A DNA stretch of 64,000 nt from a virus (Duplodnaviria; Caudoviricetes), in the IMG/VR virus record IMGVR_UViG_2908446538_000001, positions 9,053 through 73,052 of that record; one strand, 5' to 3'. A program made the position numbers and the translations under genes. Under the pieces are notes generated by a model. That model was given only the letters and a program-made list of their open reading frames with translations. It searched no databases and was not told the origin of the DNA. Positions 46,595 through 55,342 of this stretch are shown one piece after another (the first letter of the stretch is position 1; every line of letters starts with the position of its first letter).

Positions 46595-47028
46595 AAACGA
46601 TATCGCAGACGAAAAAAAACGCCGCGATAGGGTTCTTGGGCGCTTTGCGCCTTGATTTGCTCGGGTTCTCACACCCGGTCGCTGAATTTGCAGCGACCGG
46701 GGGAGGTTAGCGTGATGGTGGGGTGGGTGCAACTGGGAAACGGCGGACGTCTTTACTTTGCCAGTTGTCAGCGAACCCATGCAGGAGGATATGCCTAGGA
46801 AATGATCACCTAAAGATGTCAGCCCCCTGGCTAGTGGCTTAAAGGTGAAGGCAGCTTTCGGCCCAGAAGCAGAAGTTTGCGAGTGGCGGCTGAGGGCTGA
46901 CCACCGCCTGTCAATACAACAGAAATAGGCCCGGAGCTGGCGTCTAATGTCCAGATGGTAGAGAGTGATCTCTAGCGGCGGAAACGTAGTGGCACACTAG
47001 TCTAATAGCTGTATTGACGTGAGGGGAC

Positions 47029-48750
47029 ATGGACGTGGCACCGACATCTACAGAGTTAGTTAAGTTGTACGAGTGCGGAGAATTCGCCAGCCAAATGGCC
47101 CACCGGTTCGGATTGGGGAGAAGTGCAGAAACTCATTTGGTCGAGGAACTGTGCATAACACTGCACAACTCAGGAGCTATTGACCTATTAGCCCTTGTTG
47201 AAGATCGCACCCTGCAGGAGCTTCCAGGAACCGAGTTCTTTATGGCGTCATATTTTTTTTGCCGTCTTTTGCCGGAGTTAGACGCGACCCCTGAGCGAAT
47301 GATGCGCTGCGTTGATGGATTGGTAACTCGCGGAGGAAATGACGGTGCAGCCAATGAACCCAATGCAGCATTCCGCAAATGGTGCGCGAGCGTTCCTCTG
47401 CGTGCTCTTGAAGTTATCGCCGCAGCGCACGAAGGTAATGAGCTCGCCATCCAACATCTCGCCTTCGCATTAGAGGCTATCAGTAACCTCAGCGAAGCGC
47501 GTCGAATGGCAATTGAATATGAGGACATTCGTCGCCAAGCCGCCATCTCTGCCCTAGGACGTATCGATCACAAAGGTTCAGAGGAGTGTGGCGAGACGTT
47601 TGCAGTTTTCCATTCACTACTTGATGGCAGCATTGGCGATGCTACAAGAGCAAGTGTGCTGCATGCGTCGATGGAAATTCTGAATCGCGGCCAAGATGTT
47701 TCGTCTGCTGATGCGAACTCGCTAATAAGTCGGATAGTGAGCGAGCCCGGTCAGTTCACTATACATCAGTGTGCACGTGCACTCTGGTCGTGCCGACAAG
47801 CACTTACTCAAGATATCGTTTCTTTCTTGCTGGGTGCATTGGAGCACTTGGACTCGGCAAATAAAGGAACGATTGAGGAGGTAGATCTAGGCCTTCATGT
47901 GCTATTGGAACTCGGGTTTGATGAATCGGCCGTTTCTTTCGTAACTATGCTTCTCTCACGTCCAGATAATGAACTAGAACTTGAGGCTTTTGATAGCTTT
48001 ACTCACAATCTGCTATCCGGCTCTCCGGGTCTTATTAGCCGAGTCGTGGTGAAGTGGCTTCAGCTGGGCTCGCCACAACTGTGTAACGGACTTGCCAAGG
48101 CTATAAAGGGCCCCGGACTGGATGGTGTGCCACTGAGCCTTCAGGCTGATGACCTAGCTCTCCCTCCCTCCACACAATTGTTTATCTGTCGAAAAGCATT
48201 GGGTTGGTTCTTCTTTAAACCGACTACGGGAGCATCCGTCCTAGTCTCTGTATTGCGAATTTGCGATTCAGACACAGCTCAAGAGGTACAAAACCTGTTG
48301 GTTAATCCATTGCTTCAAAACTATGGAGGTGTGCGGGAATATCTGGAAAACCTTGCTACGGAGGATGCAGCGACCAAAGCTGTTTCTGGGGCTCTTGCTC
48401 AAAATTTGGCTTATCTCGATGCAAAGCGTTCAGTTCCACTTCTTGTTGAGCTGCAACCAACCGAGCACCATCGCCGTATTGAGCGCTTGCGTATATCAGA
48501 TCAGATGAGGGAAGCGTATAAAGGGGCGGAGAGTGATTCTGTATTCTTGGGACTGGTGAGCCGCTCCGTGCTGCTCTATGGCAATCGCTCACTTAGTTTT
48601 ATCGACGATGGCCAAGACGGGCTTCGCCACGTGGAGGTCGATCTTCAGTCCCATGGTATTTCCTACGAGATGCCGCGAATGGAGGTCGTTGATCCCATTG
48701 GCCTTGACTACATCCTCCGCGTCTTCCGCAATGAGAGGATGGAAAAATGA
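47029..48750 (+). CDS. Large alpha-helical (HEAT/ARM-like) protein, gene A of candidate defence operon
   Basis: 573 aa, Leu/Ala/Glu-rich, GAGGGG RBS, lower GC than host genes; no enzyme motif recognised. Confidence 0.75.
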   Translation: MDVAPTSTELVKLYECGEFASQMAHRFGLGRSAETHLVEELCITLHNSGAIDLLALVEDRTLQELPGTEFFMASYFFCRLLPELDATPERMMRCVDGLVTRGGNDGAANEPNAAFRKWCASVPLRALEVIAAAHEGNELAIQHLAFALEAISNLSEARRMAIEYEDIRRQAAISALGRIDHKGSEECGETFAVFHSLLDGSIGDATRASVLHASMEILNRGQDVSSADANSLISRIVSEPGQFTIHQCARALWSCRQALTQDIVSFLLGALEHLDSANKGTIEEVDLGLHVLLELGFDESAVSFVTMLLSRPDNELELEAFDSFTHNLLSGSPGLISRVVVKWLQLGSPQLCNGLAKAIKGPGLDGVPLSLQADDLALPPSTQLFICRKALGWFFFKPTTGASVLVSVLRICDSDTAQEVQNLLVNPLLQNYGGVREYLENLATEDAATKAVSGALAQNLAYLDAKRSVPLLVELQPTEHHRRIERLRISDQMREAYKGAESDSVFLGLVSRSVLLYGNRSLSFIDDGQDGLRHVEVDLQSHGISYEMPRMEVVDPIGLDYILRVFRNERMEK

Positions 48751-50465
48751 AGCTAATGATTCGGGACTATTTGGCTTCTCTGAAGGAAAGGGATGAGCTG
48801 GATGCGGTGTTACCAGACTTATTGAGTGAATTAGGTTTTAACGTCTATTCACGTCCTCAAAGAGGAACAAGCCAACTTGGTGTCGATATTGCGGCCATTG
48901 GAAAGGACGATGATGGTGAGAAGAAGCTCTTTCTGTTTTCCGTCAAACAGGGTGACCTGACCCGTCAAGACTGGGACGGCAATCCGCAGGCTCTACGATC
49001 ATCATTAGATGAGATCTTAGATGCGTACATCCCCCACAGAGTTCCGACTAGATACAAAGATCTGAAGATTGTTATCTGTCTCGCTTTTGGAGGTGATGTA
49101 AACGAGCAAGTACGAGAGAAGTTAACAGGATTTATCGACAAAAACACTTCGACGAAAATTGCTTTTGATGAATGGAATGGCGATAAGATTGCAGGAATGA
49201 TTTTAAGAGGAATTCTCAGGGAGGAAATCCTTCCAAAGCCATTGCGTAGCAGCTTTCAGAAAGCTGTCGCTATGGTCGATGAATCAGACGTCTCTTATGA
49301 GCACTTTAGTCGCCTTGCTGGAAACCTATGTAAGGCTGGCATGGTGTCGGGAAAATCCCGTATACGCTCTGCCCGACAGTTAAATATCTGTCTGTGGATC
49401 CTGTTTGTTTGGGCCCGTAGTGCAGGCAACATCGAGTCGCCATATCGTGCAAGCGAGCTTGCACTTTTGACGACCTGGGAATTGCTCCGGCCTACCCTTG
49501 GTAGCAATGGGCGGGAGTTGAAAGCACTCAGCATCGTTGTTCGTCAGTTGATCGAGCTACATCTTACTATTTCTATGGAGTTCATCGAGCAACGTGTGTT
49601 GCCGTATGCCGAGATCCCCCATGGGATATCAATGGCCACTGGGTCCAGAAGTTCGTTGGATGTGAACTTAGCGCTATTTGAAGTACTGGCTCGCATTGGC
49701 TTGGCAGGGCTATGGCTCTACTGGCTAGGAGAGCGGGGCGATGAGGCATACAAAGATCAGATAAGCCACCGCGTCGCACAACTCACTCATACGGGACTAG
49801 AGCTAATTAAAAATAACCCCATACTATTTCTGCCGATAACAGATCCGCAAGGAACCAGTATTGCCCTTTTCCTTCAGCTTTGGCTGGTTAGTGGGCTTGA
49901 TGCGACGGGAGTAACTTCTTGGCTTCAGGAAATGGCAAAACGCCTAACGTTCACCATTCACACAAGGGGTCGTTATACCACCTCTCTCTCAGACTACCGT
50001 GATCTTGCTGACCACCCTCGTGATAGATCCGACAACTATTTCAAAGAGGCGACGGCGGGCAGCACAGTCGTTCCCCTGATCGCCGTTTGGCTGCATGCCC
50101 TTGGTGCAACAGAGGCCGTCGAGGCTCTAAGCCGTCTTGCACGGAAAGAGTTAAAACACTGTACGTTACAACTTTGGTTGCCTGATGCCTCGTCGGAAGA
50201 GAAATTCTATGTAGGTGACAACTCTCATGGACGAGCAATTTGTGGATTGCCTTTGGATAAAGGGGGACAGAAGTTACTCGCAACTATCGCAGAGGCATGC
50301 AGTATGAATGCAGACTTGCAGAATTTATCGCCTGTCAAATCAGGCTTCTGGCCGGTCGTAATGGTCGCCTGCCACCATTATGATTTGCCGGTCCCTCCTG
50401 GGTTCTGGATCAATTCATTATTGGATCCAGAGTCGAAACCAGAACTGGAGGCCGATCAAATTTGA
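48747..50465 (+). CDS. Protein with N-terminal restriction-endonuclease-like (Mrr/PD-(D/E)XK) domain, gene B of candidate defence operon
   Basis: ELDAVLPDLLSELGF...GTSQLGVDIAA...LFLFSVKQGD; ATGA overlap with gene A. Confidence 0.7.
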   Translation: MKLMIRDYLASLKERDELDAVLPDLLSELGFNVYSRPQRGTSQLGVDIAAIGKDDDGEKKLFLFSVKQGDLTRQDWDGNPQALRSSLDEILDAYIPHRVPTRYKDLKIVICLAFGGDVNEQVREKLTGFIDKNTSTKIAFDEWNGDKIAGMILRGILREEILPKPLRSSFQKAVAMVDESDVSYEHFSRLAGNLCKAGMVSGKSRIRSARQLNICLWILFVWARSAGNIESPYRASELALLTTWELLRPTLGSNGRELKALSIVVRQLIELHLTISMEFIEQRVLPYAEIPHGISMATGSRSSLDVNLALFEVLARIGLAGLWLYWLGERGDEAYKDQISHRVAQLTHTGLELIKNNPILFLPITDPQGTSIALFLQLWLVSGLDATGVTSWLQEMAKRLTFTIHTRGRYTTSLSDYRDLADHPRDRSDNYFKEATAGSTVVPLIAVWLHALGATEAVEALSRLARKELKHCTLQLWLPDASSEEKFYVGDNSHGRAICGLPLDKGGQKLLATIAEACSMNADLQNLSPVKSGFWPVVMVACHHYDLPVPPGFWINSLLDPESKPELEADQI

Positions 50466-50608
50466 TTTCGATTGGTCTTGAATTCAGTTTTCGGCCAACA
50501 CTGTGGTTTGTCCGCTCCTGGCCGATTTCTGCCTGATATGATTGACCGACATCGACCCACTCAGGCCAGTCGTGACAGGTAGATCCCTGCCATGAAAGTG
50601 CGAACTGT

Positions 50609-50980
50609 ATGGCACCCAAATGTGTGGAGAAAATCGCTGTGCGAGTAAGGAATGAGCAAAGCATTTGTGAATGGCAGGGGGTTACCCCTGATCGACCACA
50701 ATCTGGGTCAAAAATCGGCATAGCGTTGGGGACTCTGGGGCTTCAGCCCATAAATGGGTTAAGGGTTAATCCGGATAACGGTACGAACGGTTGGTACCTG
50801 TGGTGCGGTATGGAGTGGTCTGAGGCTGACGATTTTTTTTCACCCCTGCATGTGGACCACATCACTGACTATCTACCGGAAGTTGTCGGATATCTTGATT
50901 TGCCGCCAGGCTATCGTTTTTACATCGACGGCAATAATTTTGAAGACGTTTGGCTTGACCCAGAGTTGGTACGCACTTGA
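50609..50980 (+). CDS. Imm33-like immunity protein (start may be GTG 50639)
   Basis: PINGLR...GWYLWCG...DDFFSPLHV.H...YL.LPPGYRF. Confidence 0.75.
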   Translation: MAPKCVEKIAVRVRNEQSICEWQGVTPDRPQSGSKIGIALGTLGLQPINGLRVNPDNGTNGWYLWCGMEWSEADDFFSPLHVDHITDYLPEVVGYLDLPPGYRFYIDGNNFEDVWLDPELVRT

Positions 50981-51116
50981 CTCGTCCGGTGAATTGACCT
51001 GAGTTTTCATAGACACATTGAATGAGTACTTCTGGTCGATAGCAGCCTCTCAGATTTTGAAATTGACGAGTGCCCAGGCCCCCATAGCTTACTGACGCGT
51101 TGGTTAACGGTTTCTA

Positions 51117-51139
51117 AATTTGCATAAATTATGCAAATT
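51117..51139. promoter_or_regulatory. Palindromic operator upstream of prtR
   Basis: AATTTGCATA-AAT-TATGCAAATT perfect 10-bp inverted repeat. Confidence 0.7.
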
Positions 51140-51180
51140 AGCATTTGCCAACCCCAAAATCCCCCGTCATCATCCCCCTT

Positions 51181-51915
51181 ATGCAAAAACGCAACGTTTC
51201 AACCGTCTTAAGAGAACTCCTAGACCGCGACCGGATCTCCCCCACGGAGCTTCACCGGCGTACTGGCGTGCCTCAATCCACACTCTCGCGAATCCTCAGC
51301 GGCAAGATCGTTGATCCGTCGGACAAGCATATCTCGCGCATCGCCGAGTACTTCCGTGTCAGCACCGACCACTTGCGCGGGCGCGCGGCGGTGGGGGCTT
51401 TGCGGGATGACGGGCGTGACCCGATGCATTCGGAACTCAAGGACATAAGCCTGTGGGACGACGACACGCCCGTTAATGATGACGAGGTGTCGATCCCCTT
51501 TCTGCGTGAGGTTGAATTGGCTGCTGGATCAGGAAGATTCGTCATCGAGGAAAGCGAGAAGGCCAGCTTGCGTTTCGGCAAGCGCAGCCTGCGGCATAAC
51601 GGTGTGCAGTTTGACCAGGCCAAGTGTGTAACGGTGCGCGGCAACAGTATGTTGCCGGTGCTGCGCGACGGCGCGACGGTCGGGGTGAACGCAGGCAAGA
51701 GTGGCATTGGCGATATCGTCGATGGCGACTTGTATGCCATCAACCACAATGGCCAGCTGCGGGTGAAACAGCTCTACCGCCTGCCTTCGGGGATTCGCCT
51801 GCGCAGTTTCAATCGCGATGAACACCCGGATGAGGACTACAGCTTCCAGGATATCCAGGATGAGCAGATCAGCATCCTCGGTCATGTGTTCTGGTGGGGC
51901 ATGTACGCCCGTTAA
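51181..51915 (+). CDS. prtR: PrtR-like LexA/CI-family repressor
   Basis: HTH + S24 domain (AAGSG, GNSM, RVK) at head of tailocin cluster. Confidence 0.93.
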   Translation: MQKRNVSTVLRELLDRDRISPTELHRRTGVPQSTLSRILSGKIVDPSDKHISRIAEYFRVSTDHLRGRAAVGALRDDGRDPMHSELKDISLWDDDTPVNDDEVSIPFLREVELAAGSGRFVIEESEKASLRFGKRSLRHNGVQFDQAKCVTVRGNSMLPVLRDGATVGVNAGKSGIGDIVDGDLYAINHNGQLRVKQLYRLPSGIRLRSFNRDEHPDEDYSFQDIQDEQISILGHVFWWGMYAR

Positions 51916-52046
51916 CCTCCTTACGTAAGACAAAGCCCGCCAGTGCGCGGGCTTTTTTTCGCCTGTAGAAAACCACCAAACCCTTAACCCACAAGGCCTG
52001 AAATGCACTCGTGCATTTCGATAGTGAAAATAAATGCATTTGCGCA

Positions 52047-52075
52047 TTGACTGTATATGCATACATGCATATTCT
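52047..52075 (+). promoter_or_regulatory. Sigma70 promoter of tailocin operon overlapped by TGCA-type operator repeats
   Basis: TTGACT-17-TATTCT; palindromes GAAATGCAC-TC-GTGCATTTC (52000-52019) and ATGCATACATGCAT. Confidence 0.75.
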
Positions 52076-52080
52076 TCATC

Positions 52081-52442
52081 TCAAGCCAGCCAACAAGGCC
52101 TGGTGGAGGCGGCAAGGATGCTGCCAAGGAAGACAAGGAAGGCACGCAACATCGGCAAGGACGCCATCGAAGCGATGGCAGGGAAGCCAGGCAACACCGG
52201 CAAGGATGCCGACGCTCTTTAGTTGTACCGCTTCAAGAAAACAGGCAGCGATGAACCGGCCTTAACGGTTCAGAGGGTTGGCAACTGACCCGGGTGTGCA
52301 GCGTAAAGCACCAGAAGCAGTTATCCGGCAGACAGGGATCGTGGTCGGAAAAACATCTTAGGAAAGAACCGTACCGCGCCAGTAGCGCCGAACGTTCGAA
52401 TCTGGACCGCATTACTGAAAAGCCCGGGCCACCGGGCTTTTT
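52081..52442 (+). ncRNA. Long tailocin leader with GGA-loop hairpins, ending in a terminator
   Basis: Seven GGA in 52105-52206, several in hairpin loops; AAAAGCCCGG-GCCA-CCGGGCTTTT at ~52418-52442. Confidence 0.5.
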
Positions 52443-52515
52443 GGAATGCCTACCCATAAATGGATTTACCCAAACACCGGCCCGTTGCCGGTAGTGCTCA
52501 GCCAGGAGGCGTGAC

Positions 52516-52854
52516 ATGACAAACGAGCAGCAAGCGTTAGCGGAAATGCCTATCTGGCTGGTGATCGTACTGGCGCTGATCGGCGGTGTATCCGGTGAAA
52601 TGTGGCGCGCCGACAAGGAGGGCGCCCGTGGTTGGTCGCTGATTCGGCGCCTGGCCCTGCGGTCCGGGGCGTGCATGGTGTGTGGGGTTTCTGCCCTGAT
52701 GCTGTGCTACGCCGCCGGTATGTCGATCTGGACGGCCGGCGCCATTGGTTGCCTGACCGCCATGGCCGGCGCCGACGTGGCCATCGGCCTCTATGAACGC
52801 TGGGCCGCCAAGCGTATCGGCGTTAACCAAGGCTCCGGCCAGGACCCGCAATAA
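52516..52854 (+). CDS. hol: Tailocin holin
   Basis: Three hydrophobic segments; MTNEQQALAEMPIWLVIVLALIGGVSGEMWRADK. Confidence 0.9.
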   Translation: MTNEQQALAEMPIWLVIVLALIGGVSGEMWRADKEGARGWSLIRRLALRSGACMVCGVSALMLCYAAGMSIWTAGAIGCLTAMAGADVAIGLYERWAAKRIGVNQGSGQDPQ

Positions 52855-52877
52855 CCGTTGCAAGGACGCTGATCAAA

Positions 52878-53393
52878 ATGGACCTTATCGAAAAACCCTC
52901 CCAATTGCCCCAATCCATCGGCGACGCACTGCGCGCCGCCTTCCCGGACTTGAAGGTCGGTAATCATCAGGACTTTCAAGGCACCGGGGATAAAACCGGC
53001 GTGCTGATCACGGTCGAGGGCAACGGCCCGGGCATTCGCTCCCGTGAGGGCCGTAAAGCTCACGCCTTGTCGATTTCGCTCAAGGCCATGGTCGCGCCGG
53101 GTGCATTGCCGTTCGATGCCTGCGATTTGGCCAGCCAACTAATGGACCTGGTGCTGGATAACCGCTGGAACCTGCCACGGGCTCAGTGTGATTTGCCGAC
53201 CACTATCGTTGCGGCTCCCTCACTGCATGCCACCGCAGAAACGGACTACGACACCTGGACCGTTTCCTTCACGCAAACCCTCTATCTCGGACCGGTGCTG
53301 CTCAACGATCCCACGGGCCAACCGCTGTTTGCCCGCACCTGGGAAGTCTCGAACATCAACGACCCCGATCAATACAAACCACTGGCGGAGTAG
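52878..53393 (+). CDS. Tail completion / hypothetical tailocin protein
   Basis: Position between holin and baseplate spike. Confidence 0.6.
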   Translation: MDLIEKPSQLPQSIGDALRAAFPDLKVGNHQDFQGTGDKTGVLITVEGNGPGIRSREGRKAHALSISLKAMVAPGALPFDACDLASQLMDLVLDNRWNLPRAQCDLPTTIVAAPSLHATAETDYDTWTVSFTQTLYLGPVLLNDPTGQPLFARTWEVSNINDPDQYKPLAE

Positions 53394-53396
53394 CCC

Positions 53397-54005
53397 ATGT
53401 TCGACGCGCTGTTACGCATGCAACTGGGGCCGATCATCGAGCGCTTGGCGGAGATGGAAACCCAGCTCGAAGACCTGTATCGACGCGCTGAAAGTTTCTG
53501 TCGGATTGGCACCTGCCAGGCAGTCGACGCCGCCAGCAGTACCTGCAAGGTCAGTCACGGTGACCTGCTCTCGCCATCGATCCGTTTTTTCAACCCCAGC
53601 GCGGGCGCGCAGAGCGAAACCCGCATCCCATCGGTGGGCGAGCAATGCCTGTTGCTCAACTACGGCGGCGGTGAAGGTGGCGCGCAGTCTGTGGCCTTGT
53701 TCGGTCTTAACAGTAGTCTGTTTCCGCCGGTTTCCAGCGTTGCCTCGCTGACCCGACGCCGCCACCAGGACGGCACCCAAAGCGAGTACGACGACGCCAG
53801 CCACACCTTCAACTGGGTCAACGGCCCCACCACCTTCAGCGGCTCCCGCGAACAGGTCGACGTCAAGGTCGGCGCCGCCAGCCTGACGATCAATGCCCAG
53901 AGCATCACCCTGCAAATCGGCGGCACCCGCCTGTTGCTGGACGCCGGCGGCGCGCACTTCAGCGGCCCGGTGGTGGACCACCAAGGACGCGTCATCAGCC
54001 CCTGA
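53397..54005 (+). CDS. Baseplate assembly protein V (spike)
   Basis: PSVGEQCLLL...QDGTQSEYDDASH. Confidence 0.9.
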   Translation: MFDALLRMQLGPIIERLAEMETQLEDLYRRAESFCRIGTCQAVDAASSTCKVSHGDLLSPSIRFFNPSAGAQSETRIPSVGEQCLLLNYGGGEGGAQSVALFGLNSSLFPPVSSVASLTRRRHQDGTQSEYDDASHTFNWVNGPTTFSGSREQVDVKVGAASLTINAQSITLQIGGTRLLLDAGGAHFSGPVVDHQGRVISP

Positions 54006-54017
54006 TAAGGACATCCC

Positions 54018-54350
54018 ATGATCGGAATCGACAGGAACACCGGGGCAGCCGTCGATGACTGGCTGCAATTCGTGCAGCGCGCCACCCGAGCGCTGACCAC
54101 CCCCGTAGGCACTCGCCAGAAACGGCCGCTGTACGGCTCACTGATCCCGCAATTGCTCGGCCAGAACCTCGGCGACGACCTGCTGATCCTCGCCCAAAGC
54201 CACGCCGCGCAAGCGTTCTACAACACCCAGAACGGCATCGCCGACTTTCAACCCCAGGTCATCGTCGCCACCCGCCAGGGCGCCGGTCTGTTGCTGCGTT
54301 TTGCCGGCACCTGGAAAAACCGCCAACAAACCTTCGAGGTCGTGACATGA
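54018..54350 (+). CDS. Baseplate wedge protein (gpW/gp25-like)
   Basis: GIDRNTG...LTTPVGTRQKRPLYGS.IP.LL. Confidence 0.88.
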   Translation: MIGIDRNTGAAVDDWLQFVQRATRALTTPVGTRQKRPLYGSLIPQLLGQNLGDDLLILAQSHAAQAFYNTQNGIADFQPQVIVATRQGAGLLLRFAGTWKNRQQTFEVVT

Positions 54351-55342
54351 GCATGCTGATCCCCGGCCAGAACCAACTGGCCGAACCGGCCATCATTACG
54401 GTGGATGAGTTCGAGCCGTTGCTGGCGGAATTCAAGGCGTTCGTGGTCGATTACGTCGCCACCCGCGCGCCGCAAAGCGCGGCCAAACTCAAGGTCAGCC
54501 TCGACAACGAAAGTGAGTTGCTGACTCTGGCCCTGGAAGCCTTTTGCGTGCGGCTGCAAACCCATGAGCGCAAATACAACGCCCGCATCAAGCAGATGCT
54601 GGCGTGGTGGGCCACCGGCAGCAACCTGGATGCCCGCCTGGCCGATATGGGCCTGGAGCGCCAAGTGCTTGACCCTGGCGACCCGGCTGCGTTTCCACCC
54701 GTACCGCCGACGTTGGAAAGCGATGACGACGCACGCCTGCGTTATTACCTGGCGCCACATGCCCCGGCAGCGGGGTCGCGAATGCAGTATCGGCGTGAGG
54801 TTTTCACTCTGGGCGAGCGGCCGTCGGTGAAAGTGCAAAGTGCCACGCCGGGCGTGGTAACCGTCAGCTACACCTTTGACCCGGACGGGTATGCGGCGCA
54901 GGTCAAGGACGGCAATGGGCGTCGAACCGCGCCCGGCGAAGTGATGGTCACTGTGCTTTCAAGGGAAGGCGACGGTACGCCGTCCACCGATTTGCTTGAC
55001 GGCGTTCGACGCCATTTCGCACGGCCGGATGTACGACCGGAGACCGACCTGGTCAGCGTACAAGGCGCGCAAATTTTGCCTTACAAAATCCGCGTGGTCG
55101 CAAAGATCAACGCCGGCCCGGATTCCGGACTCACGCAAGTCGCCGCGCAGAAACTGCTGCAGGACTACGCACAGTCCTGTCATCGCCTGGAAGGGCGGGT
55201 TGATCCGAGCTGGATTGACTATGCGATTCACAGTGCAGGGGCTGCGCAATTGCAGATCCTCGAACCCCTGGCGCCGATCATCTGCACCGCATTCCAGGCG
55301 CCGTATTGCACGGGGGTTGAAGTGGAGGTGCATACGCTATGA
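54347..55342 (+). CDS. Baseplate J-like protein
   Basis: LAWWATGSNLD...ESDDDARLR...AAGSRMQY. Confidence 0.9.
   Translation: MSMLIPGQNQLAEPAIITVDEFEPLLAEFKAFVVDYVATRAPQSAAKLKVSLDNESELLTLALEAFCVRLQTHERKYNARIKQMLAWWATGSNLDARLADMGLERQVLDPGDPAAFPPVPPTLESDDDARLRYYLAPHAPAAGSRMQYRREVFTLGERPSVKVQSATPGVVTVSYTFDPDGYAAQVKDGNGRRTAPGEVMVTVLSREGDGTPSTDLLDGVRRHFARPDVRPETDLVSVQGAQILPYKIRVVAKINAGPDSGLTQVAAQKLLQDYAQSCHRLEGRVDPSWIDYAIHSAGAAQLQILEPLAPIICTAFQAPYCTGVEVEVHTL

Noticed and set aside
46388-46780. 131 aa extension of DUF3077
   Set aside because: Reads through the C4 RNA and its targets; not protein-like
48747-50465. Gene B as part of a classical restriction-modification system
   Set aside because: No methyltransferase or specificity subunit nearby
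52051-52066. LexA box at the tailocin promoter (CTGTATATGCATACAT)
   Set aside because: Last base breaks the ACAG half-site; more simply part of the TGCA operator repeats, so not listed as an SOS box
52011-52676. Short ORFs in the tailocin leader, including a possible prtN
   Set aside because: No RBS or activator-like sequence; pattern better explained as RNA structure
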